Shown piece after piece: positions 19,221 to 28,059 of a stretch of 64,000 nt of DNA. The notes under the pieces were generated by a model, which had not been told where the DNA came from, made no database searches, and saw nothing but the letters and a program-made list of their open reading frames with translations. The position numbers and the translations under genes were made by a program. Positions within the stretch are counted from its first letter, which is position 1, and every line of letters begins with the position of its first letter. Origin of the DNA: Betaproteobacteria bacterium (GTDB taxonomy: Bacteria; Pseudomonadota; Gammaproteobacteria; Burkholderiales; SG8-39); assembly GCA_947474715.1 (NCBI GenBank), contig CANJJT010000010.1, forward strand, positions 2,746-66,745, read 5' to 3'.

Positions 19221-20441
19221 CTAAACCACCTTGTCCTTGCGCAGTTGCGCCAGGGTCGCGTCATCCATGCCCAGCAGCGACTTCAGCACTTCGTCGGTGT
19301 GTTGCCCGATGGAGGGCGGCGCCTGGTAGTCGGTGATGGGGGTTTCCGACAGGCGGATGGGGCTGCGCAGCAGCGGCACGGTGCCGGTGGCCGAGTTCGG
19401 ATGCGGGGCATGCACGATGGGGTCGCGCGTTTTCACATGCGGGTCGCTGAAGGTGCGGTCCACGGTGTACACGGCCGCCGCGATCACGTTGTTCGCCGCA
19501 AAGTCGTCCACCCATTCCTGCATGCCGCGGGTGGCCAGCGACTCGAGGATGGCCTTCTGCAGGAAGGGCTTGTTCTGCAGGCGGTTGGCGCGCTTCGAGT
19601 AACGCTCGTCGCCGCACAGGTCCTCGCGGCCAATCACTTTGAGGAAGCGCTGGAACTGGTGGTCCATGCCGGCCGAGATGAACAGCATGCCGTCCTTGCA
19701 GGGGAACACGTCCGAGGGGAAGGAGGCGGGCGTGCTGTTGCCCTGGCGGATGGGCACGTCGCCCGAGATGAGATAGGCGGTGGCGCGATGCGACAGGCCG
19801 GCGATCTGTGAATCGAGCAGGCACATGTCGATGTACTGGCCGGGGCCGTTGTTCAGGTTGCGGTGGTACAGCGCGCTGATGATGGCCACCGAGGTAAACA
19901 GGCTGGTGATGGTGTCCGACACCACGAAGCCGGTGCGCTGGGGCGGGCCGTCGGCCTGGCCGGTGAGGCTCATCAGGCCGCTCATGGCCTGGAAGCAGCC
20001 GTCCAGGCCGGGACGTTCGGCATAGGGGCCGGACTGGCCGAAGCCGGTGATGGACGCATAGATGATGCGCGGGTTGACCTTCTTGATGTTCTCGTAATCC
20101 AGGCCATGGCGCGCCAGGTCGCCGGCCTTGTAGTTCTCGATCAGCACATCACACACCGCGGCCAGCTTGCGGATGATGTCCTGGCCGGCCGGGGTGGCCA
20201 GGTCCACGGTGATGCCCTTCTTGTTGCGGTTGGCGGCGAGGTAGTAGCTCGAGTCGCGCGTGGGCTTGCCATCGGCGCCCTTGAGGAAGGGCGGCCCGTA
20301 GTTGCGCATGTCATCGCCCTCGCCGGGACGCTCCACCTTGATCACTTCGGCGCCGAGGTCGGCCAGCGTCTGGGCGCAATAGGGGCCGGCAAAAATTCGG
20401 CTCATGTCGAGGACACGGATGCCGCTCAGTGGCTTGTTCAC
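19221..20441 (-). CDS. Family III CoA-transferase (CaiB/BaiF family)
   Basis: GTG start after an AGGAGA RBS. N-terminal …PLSGIRVLDMSRIFAGPYCAQTLADLGAEVIKVERP…. Confidence 0.85.
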   Translation of the reverse strand: MNKPLSGIRVLDMSRIFAGPYCAQTLADLGAEVIKVERPGEGDDMRNYGPPFLKGADGKPTRDSSYYLAANRNKKGITVDLATPAGQDIIRKLAAVCDVLIENYKAGDLARHGLDYENIKKVNPRIIYASITGFGQSGPYAERPGLDGCFQAMSGLMSLTGQADGPPQRTGFVVSDTITSLFTSVAIISALYHRNLNNGPGQYIDMCLLDSQIAGLSHRATAYLISGDVPIRQGNSTPASFPSDVFPCKDGMLFISAGMDHQFQRFLKVIGREDLCGDERYSKRANRLQNKPFLQKAILESLATRGMQEWVDDFAANNVIAAAVYTVDRTFSDPHVKTRDPIVHAPHPNSATGTVPLLRSPIRLSETPITDYQAPPSIGQHTDEVLKSLLGMDDATLAQLRKDKVV

Positions 20442-20760
20442 GTCAGTTCTCCTGCAGTCGATGGCTGTGATGAACCGGGGTAGCCACTCGCGGCTGTCCT
20501 CCGGCAAAGGCGTCTGGCTTGCGTCAAGGGCGCAATTGTCTCGCAATTCAGCGGCGACACGCTGGCGGGCCCGTCGGCAGGATGGTCGCGGATGTGAACC
20601 AGGTCACAGGCACGCCGGGCGATTTTGCGTCACGATAGGCCTGCGTCGAACCGTCCGCGGTGACGCGCCATGGCTTGCCGTCACCCGTCACGCTGCACAC
20701 AGCCCCTAAAATGAACCCCTCGGTGCCAGACTCACACCATCCGTCCTTCGAGACCTGACC

Positions 20761-23700
20761 ATGAACCAGCCCTGGACCAATACCCAAACCCGTCGCTCCC
20801 GCCGGCTCATCATCGCCGGCAGCGTCATCGCCATGCTGGCCCTGATGTGGATACTGCTGGGCGCCCTGTGGCTGCCCGCGCTGGTCAAGCGTGAAGCACC
20901 GAAGGCCCTGGAGGCTACCGGGCACAAACTCAGCATCGGCGCTTTCAGCTTCAACCCGGTGACGCTGACGGTGCGCGCCAGCGACATCGCGCTGGCCGAT
21001 GGCGCCGGCAAGCCGGTGTTCAGCCTGGCCGGCCTGGTTGCCGATCTCGAGTGGCGCTCACTGCTGCGCTTTGGCGCGGTGTTGTCCGAACTGCGCCTCA
21101 CCCGGCCGGCCCTGTTCGTGGACATCGACCCGGAAGGTCGCGTCAACCTGGCCGCCCTGTCCAGGCCGGAGGCCGCCGAGAAGAAACCCGCAGGCGGCCT
21201 GCCGCGTTTCATCATCGGCCAGTTCGCCATCGAGGAAGGCTCGATCGCCTTTGCCGACCGCCGCGAAGGCTACGAGAACCGCGTCGACAATTTCGGCATC
21301 ACCCTGAGCAATGTCTCCAGCCTGCAGGGCAACAGTGGCAAGCTCAAGCTGGGTGCCCACACCACCGATGGCGCGCAACTGGACTGGGAAGGTGACCTGT
21401 CCCTGCAGCCGATTGCCGCCAGCGGCACGCTGAAGCTCGCCGGCTTTCCACTGCCCTCGCTGATGCCCTATCTCGACACCGCGCTGGCCGGGCGCATCTC
21501 CGCCGGCAGTGCCGAGGCCACGCTGCCGCACCGCTTCAGCCTCGTCGAAGGTCGGCCCCAGCTCACCGTGGAAAATGCCAGTGCCGCCGTCACCGGTCTC
21601 GCCGTGTCCCTGCCGGGCAGCGGCAAGGGGGCGGATGCAGGTGCACCGGTGAAACTCACGCGCTTCGGCATGGAAGGCGTGAACGTGGACCTGCTGAAGC
21701 GGCTGGTCACCATACAGAAGGCCGACCTGAACGAACCGGTGATCGCGCTTACCCGCCGCGCCGATGGCGTCATCGACCTCACCGACATTCTGGCCAGACG
21801 CGCGCCGCCCAAGGACACGCCACCGCCGGGTGAACCCTGGACGGTCAGCCTGGACCAGTTCACCCTGGAAGGCGGACGCGTGGGTTTTCGTGATAACGCC
21901 CTGCGCCTCGCGCTCGCACTGGACGGCATCGCGGCCTCACTCAAGGATGTCAGCACCACCGGGGACAAGCCGGCTGGCTTCGAACTGACCGCGGCACTGC
22001 GGGACGCAACCGGCAAGGCAGCCGGCACGCTGAGCGCCAGGGGCGAGACGATCGCCGCCACCTCCACGTTCAAGGCCAGGCTAGGCCTGGAGGGCGTGGC
22101 GCTGGCGCTGATGCAGCCCATGCTGGAAAACCATGCGCGCGTGCGCATCGCCTCGGGCACGGCGTCGCTGGGCGGGGACGTCGAGATGAGTGAGGGCAAA
22201 GGTCTGCGATTTGCCGGCGAGGCCGGCATCGCCGACGTCGTGGTGCACGATGCCAGCGCAGAGGCCGCCAAAGACGCCACGAAAGCCGGGGCTACCGCCC
22301 CCTTGCTGAAGCTGGCGCGCTTCGCCCTGCAGGGCATCGCGGTGGACGTAGACAAGCGGCAGGTGCTGACACAGAAGGCGCAGATCACCGGGCTGGAAAC
22401 CAGCGCGAAGCGTGATGCCAGCGGCAGGCTCGATGTGCAGAAGCTGCTGGTGGAGACGCCGCCCGGCGCTGTCAAACCGGTGGCTGCAGAGCTTGTTGCG
22501 GCCAAGCCCGCCACCGGCAAACCAGCAGCCCAGGAAACGCCCTGGTCCATGCGTGTCGCGCGTACCGAGATCGACAGCAGCAGCGTGGGCTTTGCCGATG
22601 CCGCCAGCGGCGTGGCACTGACCCTGGAGGGCATCACCGCGCGCATCGACGACGCCTCCAATGACCTCGCCAAGCCGCTGGCCTTCGAGTTCGGCGCCGG
22701 CGTGAAGGGCGGCGGCAAGCTGGCCGCACGCGGCCGCGCCACACCGGCTGCCGGTGCGCTGACAGCGCGCGTGGAGGCCACCGCCATACCGCTGGCGCTG
22801 GCCCAGCCGGTACTCGATGCGAGCACCCGTGCACGGGTGCTCGCGGGCACCGCCAGCATCGCCGGCGACCTGCGCGTCAACGCCCTGGATGGCAGCTCCA
22901 AGGAAAGCTTCCGTTTCACCGGCAGCGTGGGCGTGGGTGAGCTCGCCATGGAGGAACGGCAGCAAGGGCCGGCGGAAGCCGTGCCATCGACACAGATCAT
23001 GGGCTGGAAGTCACTGTCCACGGACAGCCTGCGCGTAAGCGGCATGCCACTGCGCGTGGACATGGATGAACTGCGGCTGGTGGCCCCGGTGGGGCGCCTG
23101 GCGATTGCCGCCGACCGCAGTCTCAATCTTGGTCGCGCTTTCACGCCACTACCAGTGCCTGTGGCCCAGGCAACACCATCGGCGGCGCCACTGGTCACGG
23201 CGCCCGCTGCCGCGACACCGCCTGCGCAAAGCAATGACCCCGGCTTCTCGCTGTCGCTGCGCCGCCTGCGGGTGGAACAGGCCCTCCTCGATTTCAGCGA
23301 TGCCAGCATCAGCCCGGGCTTTGCCACGCGCATCCATAACCTGGGTGGCACACTCAATGGCCTGTCCACCGAACGTGGCACGCGCAGCCAGTTCTCGCTG
23401 GAAGGCGCGGTGGACGAGTTCGGCTTCGCCCGGCTGTCCGGCGCGCTGAATCCCTTTCAGCCGCGCGAACAGACCAACTTCCGCGTCGAATTCCGCAACC
23501 TCGACCTGACGCGTGCCTCGAGCTACTCGATCAAGTTCGCCGGCTACCGCATCGCCGCCGGCCGCCTGTCGCTCGACCTGCGTTATCGCATCAACGACGG
23601 CCGGCTGGAAGGCGAGAACAAGGCCGTGTTCGACGAACTCACCCTGGGCGAGCGCATCGACGGTCCGGATGCGCTCAAGCTGCCGCTGCAACTGGCCATC

Positions 23701-24525
23701 GCCATCCTCAAAGACAGCGACGGACGCATCGATCTGGACATTCCGGTCACCGGCAATCTGAACGACCCCCAGTTCAGCTACGGCGCGGTGATCTGGCGCG
23801 CGGTCGGCAACATCCTCACCCGGGTGATCACCGCACCGTTCCGCGCCCTGGGCAGCCTGTTCGGCGGGGGCAACCAGGCCGAGGAAGTGAAGGCCATTGC
23901 CTTAGAAGCAGGCCAGAGCCGGCTGCTGCCGCCGGAGCGCGAAAAGTTGAAACGTGTCGCCGACGTGCTGGCCAAGCGGCCCACCCTCAGGCTGGTGGTG
24001 CCCGGGCGCGCCGACACCGCTGCCGATGGCGAACGGCTCAAGCGCGCTGCAGTGGCGCGCGAAGTGGCGCGCCGGGCCGGCTTCGATGTCGCCGAGGATG
24101 AAAGCGCAGGCGGCCTGTCCATCGAGGACAGCCGCACGCGCAGCGCCATCCGCGCCGCATTCACCGAACGCTTCGGCGCCCCGGCCCTGGACCAGCTGAA
24201 AGCCGAGGCCGAAGCGAAGACCGCGACCGGCGAAGCCGCCAAGCCCGGCATGGTCGATCGCGTGCGCAACCTGGCCAGCGGCGAGCCGCAGGTAGCCGAC
24301 GCGCGGCCCTTCTACAACACGCTGATGCGCCGCCTGCGCGAGGCCCAGGTGCTGTCACCCGATGCGCTGGAGACCCTGGCGCGCGCGCGCAGCGAAGCTG
24401 TCGCCACCCTGTTGCGCGAGGGCGGCCTGCCGGCCGCACGGGTACAGGCCACCACGGTGGCTCCGGTGTCGGGCGATGTGCGCGCACGCGAGGTGAAGAT
24501 CGAACTGGAACTGGCCAGCCAGTAA
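20761..24525 (+). CDS. Large DUF748 / AsmA-like envelope protein (1254 aa)
   Basis: One N-terminal TM anchor. Long beta-rich body with repeated …GTAS(L/I)(G/A)GD(V/L)… modules. C-terminal Ala/Arg/Glu-rich region. Confidence 0.7.
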   Translation: MNQPWTNTQTRRSRRLIIAGSVIAMLALMWILLGALWLPALVKREAPKALEATGHKLSIGAFSFNPVTLTVRASDIALADGAGKPVFSLAGLVADLEWRSLLRFGAVLSELRLTRPALFVDIDPEGRVNLAALSRPEAAEKKPAGGLPRFIIGQFAIEEGSIAFADRREGYENRVDNFGITLSNVSSLQGNSGKLKLGAHTTDGAQLDWEGDLSLQPIAASGTLKLAGFPLPSLMPYLDTALAGRISAGSAEATLPHRFSLVEGRPQLTVENASAAVTGLAVSLPGSGKGADAGAPVKLTRFGMEGVNVDLLKRLVTIQKADLNEPVIALTRRADGVIDLTDILARRAPPKDTPPPGEPWTVSLDQFTLEGGRVGFRDNALRLALALDGIAASLKDVSTTGDKPAGFELTAALRDATGKAAGTLSARGETIAATSTFKARLGLEGVALALMQPMLENHARVRIASGTASLGGDVEMSEGKGLRFAGEAGIADVVVHDASAEAAKDATKAGATAPLLKLARFALQGIAVDVDKRQVLTQKAQITGLETSAKRDASGRLDVQKLLVETPPGAVKPVAAELVAAKPATGKPAAQETPWSMRVARTEIDSSSVGFADAASGVALTLEGITARIDDASNDLAKPLAFEFGAGVKGGGKLAARGRATPAAGALTARVEATAIPLALAQPVLDASTRARVLAGTASIAGDLRVNALDGSSKESFRFTGSVGVGELAMEERQQGPAEAVPSTQIMGWKSLSTDSLRVSGMPLRVDMDELRLVAPVGRLAIAADRSLNLGRAFTPLPVPVAQATPSAAPLVTAPAAATPPAQSNDPGFSLSLRRLRVEQALLDFSDASISPGFATRIHNLGGTLNGLSTERGTRSQFSLEGAVDEFGFARLSGALNPFQPREQTNFRVEFRNLDLTRASSYSIKFAGYRIAAGRLSLDLRYRINDGRLEGENKAVFDELTLGERIDGPDALKLPLQLAIAILKDSDGRIDLDIPVTGNLNDPQFSYGAVIWRAVGNILTRVITAPFRALGSLFGGGNQAEEVKAIALEAGQSRLLPPEREKLKRVADVLAKRPTLRLVVPGRADTAADGERLKRAAVAREVARRAGFDVAEDESAGGLSIEDSRTRSAIRAAFTERFGAPALDQLKAEAEAKTATGEAAKPGMVDRVRNLASGEPQVADARPFYNTLMRRLREAQVLSPDALETLARARSEAVATLLREGGLPAARVQATTVAPVSGDVRAREVKIELELASQ

Positions 24526-24647
24526 GCCGCGGCCGACAGCAGGGGAAAGTCGAACACCGGATTGACGGGCCTGCCATGCCTCCCGTAGGACCGGCTGGCC
24601 CCGTTAAAATGTCCACGACGATGGCAGATGGCATCTCGGGAGGGAAC

Positions 24648-24929
24648 ATGGCCACACCAAAACAGAAATCGGTGCGCACCACCAGAACGGCCGGCAAGGT
24701 CAAGGCGGCCTGGGAACGCGGCTATTATTCGCACAGCTACTGGCGCGGCAAGCACAAGCTGGGCACGGTGAAGCTGGGGCCCAAGGGCGAGTGGGACGGC
24801 ATTTACCGCTGGGAAGCCGGCACGCGCCACGGCGAGTGCTCCACCCTGGCAGCCGCCAAGCTGGCGGTGGAACAGATGATCGCCTTCGGTGCCAGCCAGA
24901 TCAGCCTGTTCGACGACGGCGACGCCTGA
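24648..24929 (+). CDS. Hypothetical small basic protein (93 aa)
   Basis: GGGAGGG RBS 3 nt before the ATG. Lys/Arg-rich N-terminus and Trp/Gly-rich core. No family recognised. Confidence 0.4.
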   Translation: MATPKQKSVRTTRTAGKVKAAWERGYYSHSYWRGKHKLGTVKLGPKGEWDGIYRWEAGTRHGECSTLAAAKLAVEQMIAFGASQISLFDDGDA

Positions 24930-25039
24930 CCCCCGCCCACCGCCCCCTCACTCCTCACCCCCCACCCTATTGATATCAATTTCGAACGCTCACGCGCTTC
25001 GATATTTATTCAATCACGATATTATTATCACCAACCCCG

Positions 25040-25873
25040 ATGACCTATCCGGTCTGCCCGAAGTGTTCGCACCAGCCCCTGCCGGCGGACCAGGTCTTTC
25101 CCGCTGCCTGTCCCGGCTGCGGCCTCATCCTGGCCAAGTACAGTACGGCGCTCGTGCCACAGGCCACGCTGCGCGCAACGGCGGCAGGCGTGCCCGGAAT
25201 GGATGCTGCAGGCAGCGGAGCACGCGACAGCGTAGAGAACAGCGCGGAGGACAGCCGCCTGGCGCAGTGGCTGGCAAGCCTGCGGCACGTGCCCGAGGAA
25301 GTCTCGAAAGCCAACTGGTATGGCCGCCTCGCCGCGCTGGTGCTGTTCAGCGCGTGGACCATCCTCATCTGGCGCGACATGGACATCCCCGTGGGCGATC
25401 CGGGCAGCCACGTGCTGCACCTCATCCTCACGCCTTTTCATGAGTCCGGCCATTACCTGGTTTTTCGCTGGTTCGGCCCGTTCATCATGACCCTGGGCGG
25501 CACCCTGGGCCAGCACCTCTTTCCCATCGTCATCGGCATCGCCTTCCTGCGCAAGGGCAACCCCTTCGGCGCCGCCATCGCGCTGTGGCTGCTGGGCTTT
25601 TCCATCAGCGACATGGGCGCCTACATGTACGACGCCTTCGATCCCAAGCTGATGCTGCTGGACGGGCGCACCGGCGCCGAGAGCGACGGCCACGACTGGC
25701 AAAACATCTTCGGCGACCTCGGCCTGCTGCGCCAATCGCGCGGCATCGGCCAGTTCTTCGGCGGCTTCGGCATGCTGGTGATGGCCACCGGCCTGGCCTG
25801 GGGCGCCTGGCTCGCATGGCTGCAGCATGACAAGCTCAGCGACTCGCCGTTTGCCGAGGAAGAGCAAGGTTGA
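25040..25873 (+). CDS. Membrane protein with N-terminal zinc ribbon and an HExxH motif (putative zincin-like membrane metalloprotease)
   Basis: CPKC…CPGC pair at the N-terminus. FHESGH at the edge of a hydrophobic segment. Four or more hydrophobic helices. The antisense ORF 25028-25867 was judged spurious. Confidence 0.55.
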   Translation: MTYPVCPKCSHQPLPADQVFPAACPGCGLILAKYSTALVPQATLRATAAGVPGMDAAGSGARDSVENSAEDSRLAQWLASLRHVPEEVSKANWYGRLAALVLFSAWTILIWRDMDIPVGDPGSHVLHLILTPFHESGHYLVFRWFGPFIMTLGGTLGQHLFPIVIGIAFLRKGNPFGAAIALWLLGFSISDMGAYMYDAFDPKLMLLDGRTGAESDGHDWQNIFGDLGLLRQSRGIGQFFGGFGMLVMATGLAWGAWLAWLQHDKLSDSPFAEEEQG

Positions 25874-25958
25874 GGCATGCCCGATACACGCCGCTTATAA
25901 TCGGCGCCGCAGGGCCCGCCCTCCGATGCACCCGTTGCAGGACCGATCGACAGGCACC

Positions 25959-26351
25959 ATGACTGAATCCGCCAACACCCCGGCATCTGCCGACATCCTC
26001 ATCATCGACGATGACCTGTTCATGCGCGAACTGCTGCAGCTGCACCTGATGAATGAGGGTTACAAGGTGCGCGTGGCAGAGGACGCAGTCGAGGGCGGCA
26101 AGATGCTGATGGCCGCCCCCCCCGACCTGCTGCTGCTGGACATCCGCATGCCGCACATGGGCGGGGACGAGTTCCTGTCACTGCTGCGCGGCGAGGCACA
26201 ATTCAAGGACCTCAAGGTCATTGCACTCTCCTCCATCCAGAATTCCGGGCTGATGATGAAGGTCACCGACATCGGCGTCTGCGATTTCCTGCACAAGCCG
26301 GTCAACAAGGATGCCCTGATCGCGGCGGTGAAGAAGGCGCTCGGCCGCTGA
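25959..26351 (+). CDS. Single-domain response regulator (CheY-like receiver)
   Basis: IIDDD acidic pocket, LLLLDIRMP phospho-acceptor Asp, ALSS, and the conserved Lys in HKP. No output domain. Confidence 0.8.
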   Translation: MTESANTPASADILIIDDDLFMRELLQLHLMNEGYKVRVAEDAVEGGKMLMAAPPDLLLLDIRMPHMGGDEFLSLLRGEAQFKDLKVIALSSIQNSGLMMKVTDIGVCDFLHKPVNKDALIAAVKKALGR

Positions 26352-26373
26352 ACTGCGCGGATGCCACTGTCCG

Positions 26374-26393
26374 TGGACGACACCGGTCGTCCA
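26374..26393 (+). terminator. 8-bp perfect hairpin (TGGACGAC-ACCG-GTCGTCCA) after the receiver gene
   Basis: Read directly, 23 nt after the stop codon. Weak U-tract. Confidence 0.35.
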
Positions 26394-26631
26394 TCCTGCA
26401 ATCGTGACTCTATCATCGGCTCGTTGCCAGCCACTGCCGGCGCAACCATGGCCTGCGGTGTGACAGCACACCGAAACCACCCGGACAGCAGAAGAAGAAC
26501 CATGACTCGGATCAAACCGTTCGCCACCGGCCGGCTGTCACCCGCAGGGCAGTCCGAATGACCATCGGCGGGCTGCTGCGCCACCTCGCGCCGGGGACAT
26601 CCTGTCACGCACCTTCGAGGATCTGCCCTTC

Positions 26632-26934
26632 TCGCCGACACTGGAAATCGGCCGCGCCAAGTTCCGCAGCGTGTTCTATCCAGGCAGCGACGGGCGCTAT
26701 TACGAGCTCAACCTCCAGGCCAAGCTGAACGATACCTGGGGCCTCAACTGCCACATCGGCCGCAGCCGCTTTGCCGACCAGTCCCTCGACGGACAGGACT
26801 ACGTCGATCGCAGCCTGGGCTTGGTGCGCGACGTGAACGGCTTCCAGGTCGAATTCGTCGGCAACACCACCACCAGCCAGTTCGGCCGCCTCGGCAACCC
26901 AGCCGCCTTCGTCCGGGTGAGCCGGACGTTCTGA
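26632..26934 (+). pseudogene. C-terminal remnant of a TorF/Gcw_chp-family putative outer-membrane porin
   Basis: …FYPGSDGRYYELNL…HIGRSRF…DYVDRSLGLVRDVNGFQVEFVG…FVRVSRTF* resembles the last ~100 aa of that family, which ends …vsktF. No signal peptide or N-terminal half was found in any frame upstream. Confidence 0.45.
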
Positions 26935-27106
26935 GGCGGGAGGAGACTGGATTCTCCGATGAAATATGATCATTTATTTATGAGGATTCCATTCAATATT
27001 AGGTCTGAAGATTAATTATGATGACACCTATCCGGAATGAAGATCACTGAACCGGCTGCCTTTATGCCCCACACCCCAACCCTGCTGCCGCCGCCGGCAG
27101 GCAACA

Positions 27107-27937
27107 TCACGCCGACGGAATGCGCTTGCCCAATTCGGGCACGCCATAGAACTGCATGACCTGCTCGGCCCGGTCCCGATCAGGCGCGGCGTGGAAGTAG
27201 CCGCGATTACTCGGCTTCATGCCGCTCACTTTTTTCAGGTCGACCAGCATCTCGGCCATCTTGAAGGACGTGCCAATGCCGTCCATGACGCTGGCCCCGG
27301 CGATCTCGGTCACCCCCGCCCGCGAAAGCAGCAGGTTGAGCGGCATTTCCGCCGGGCATATCACATCGCATCCGGTTTCCTTCACCAGCTTCTCGCCCAT
27401 GGACACGATGTTGCCCACCACCCGGTTTCGTTCGGCCGGATTCACGTGCGCCTCCAGCACCTCGTTGAAGGTCGCTCCCGCCTGCTCGATACCGGCATAA
27501 CGGTCCGACAGGCCCCACTCCCGGAACTGCCGCGGCCAGAACTCCATACGTTCCTTGATGAAGGCCAGCATGCCCACGCGCTGGCCATAGAGCCCGGCCA
27601 GGTTGAACACCGCCTCGCCATAACCCACGACAGGAATCCGGATCAGCGTGCGCAATTCGGTGGCCATCGGCCCCGCCAGGCTCGCCAGCACCATGGCGTC
27701 GAAACCCTGCCGCTCAGCCTCGCGACCGGCAGCCAGCCATTGCATGCCATGCATCCAGAACAGCGCGTTGTAGGCGAGGTCCTTGCCCGGATAGTGGCTG
27801 TCGTAGGTGCCCGGTATCTGGCCGTGCAGCACGACCTCCGTGTCAGGACGGACCACAGCCGATATGCGCTCTTTCAGCCCGTCCACGTAAGCGGGCAGGT
27901 CCTGCAAGACAGTGAAGCTCTGATGCCAGATGCGCAT
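27107..27937 (-). CDS. Asp/Glu/hydantoin racemase superfamily protein
   Basis: The two-lobe layout and …VVGYGEA… / …GCDVICPAEM… segments resemble hydantoin-racemase/maleate-isomerase-type enzymes. The call is at family level only. Confidence 0.6.
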   Translation of the reverse strand: MRIWHQSFTVLQDLPAYVDGLKERISAVVRPDTEVVLHGQIPGTYDSHYPGKDLAYNALFWMHGMQWLAAGREAERQGFDAMVLASLAGPMATELRTLIRIPVVGYGEAVFNLAGLYGQRVGMLAFIKERMEFWPRQFREWGLSDRYAGIEQAGATFNEVLEAHVNPAERNRVVGNIVSMGEKLVKETGCDVICPAEMPLNLLLSRAGVTEIAGASVMDGIGTSFKMAEMLVDLKKVSGMKPSNRGYFHAAPDRDRAEQVMQFYGVPELGKRIPSA

Positions 27938-28059
27938 GGGTCGTCCTCCGGTTGGGCGCGCCTTTGCTTCAGCGATGGCGCATTGAATGAGAGCTGCCGA
28001 TACAGGCCCGGTGCACCATCGTCCGCAGGTGACCGCGCGGACAAATCGGGCTGTTCAGC

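Noticed and set aside
25896-25901. TATAAT hexamer about 58 nt upstream of the receiver gene, considered as a -10 box.
   Set aside because: The best -35-like hexamer (TTGAGG at 25870-25875) gives a 20-bp spacer, which is too long. The hexamer also overlaps the end of the preceding gene, so co-transcription is equally likely.
26959-27015. 18-codon ORF (MKYDHLFMRIPFNIRSED) in the AT-rich island, considered as a small toxin or leader peptide.
   Set aside because: The GGAGGAG is about 10 nt from the ATG (borderline spacing), I cannot assess conservation, and short ORFs are expected by chance in AT-rich DNA. I kept it only as a note inside the AT-island finding.
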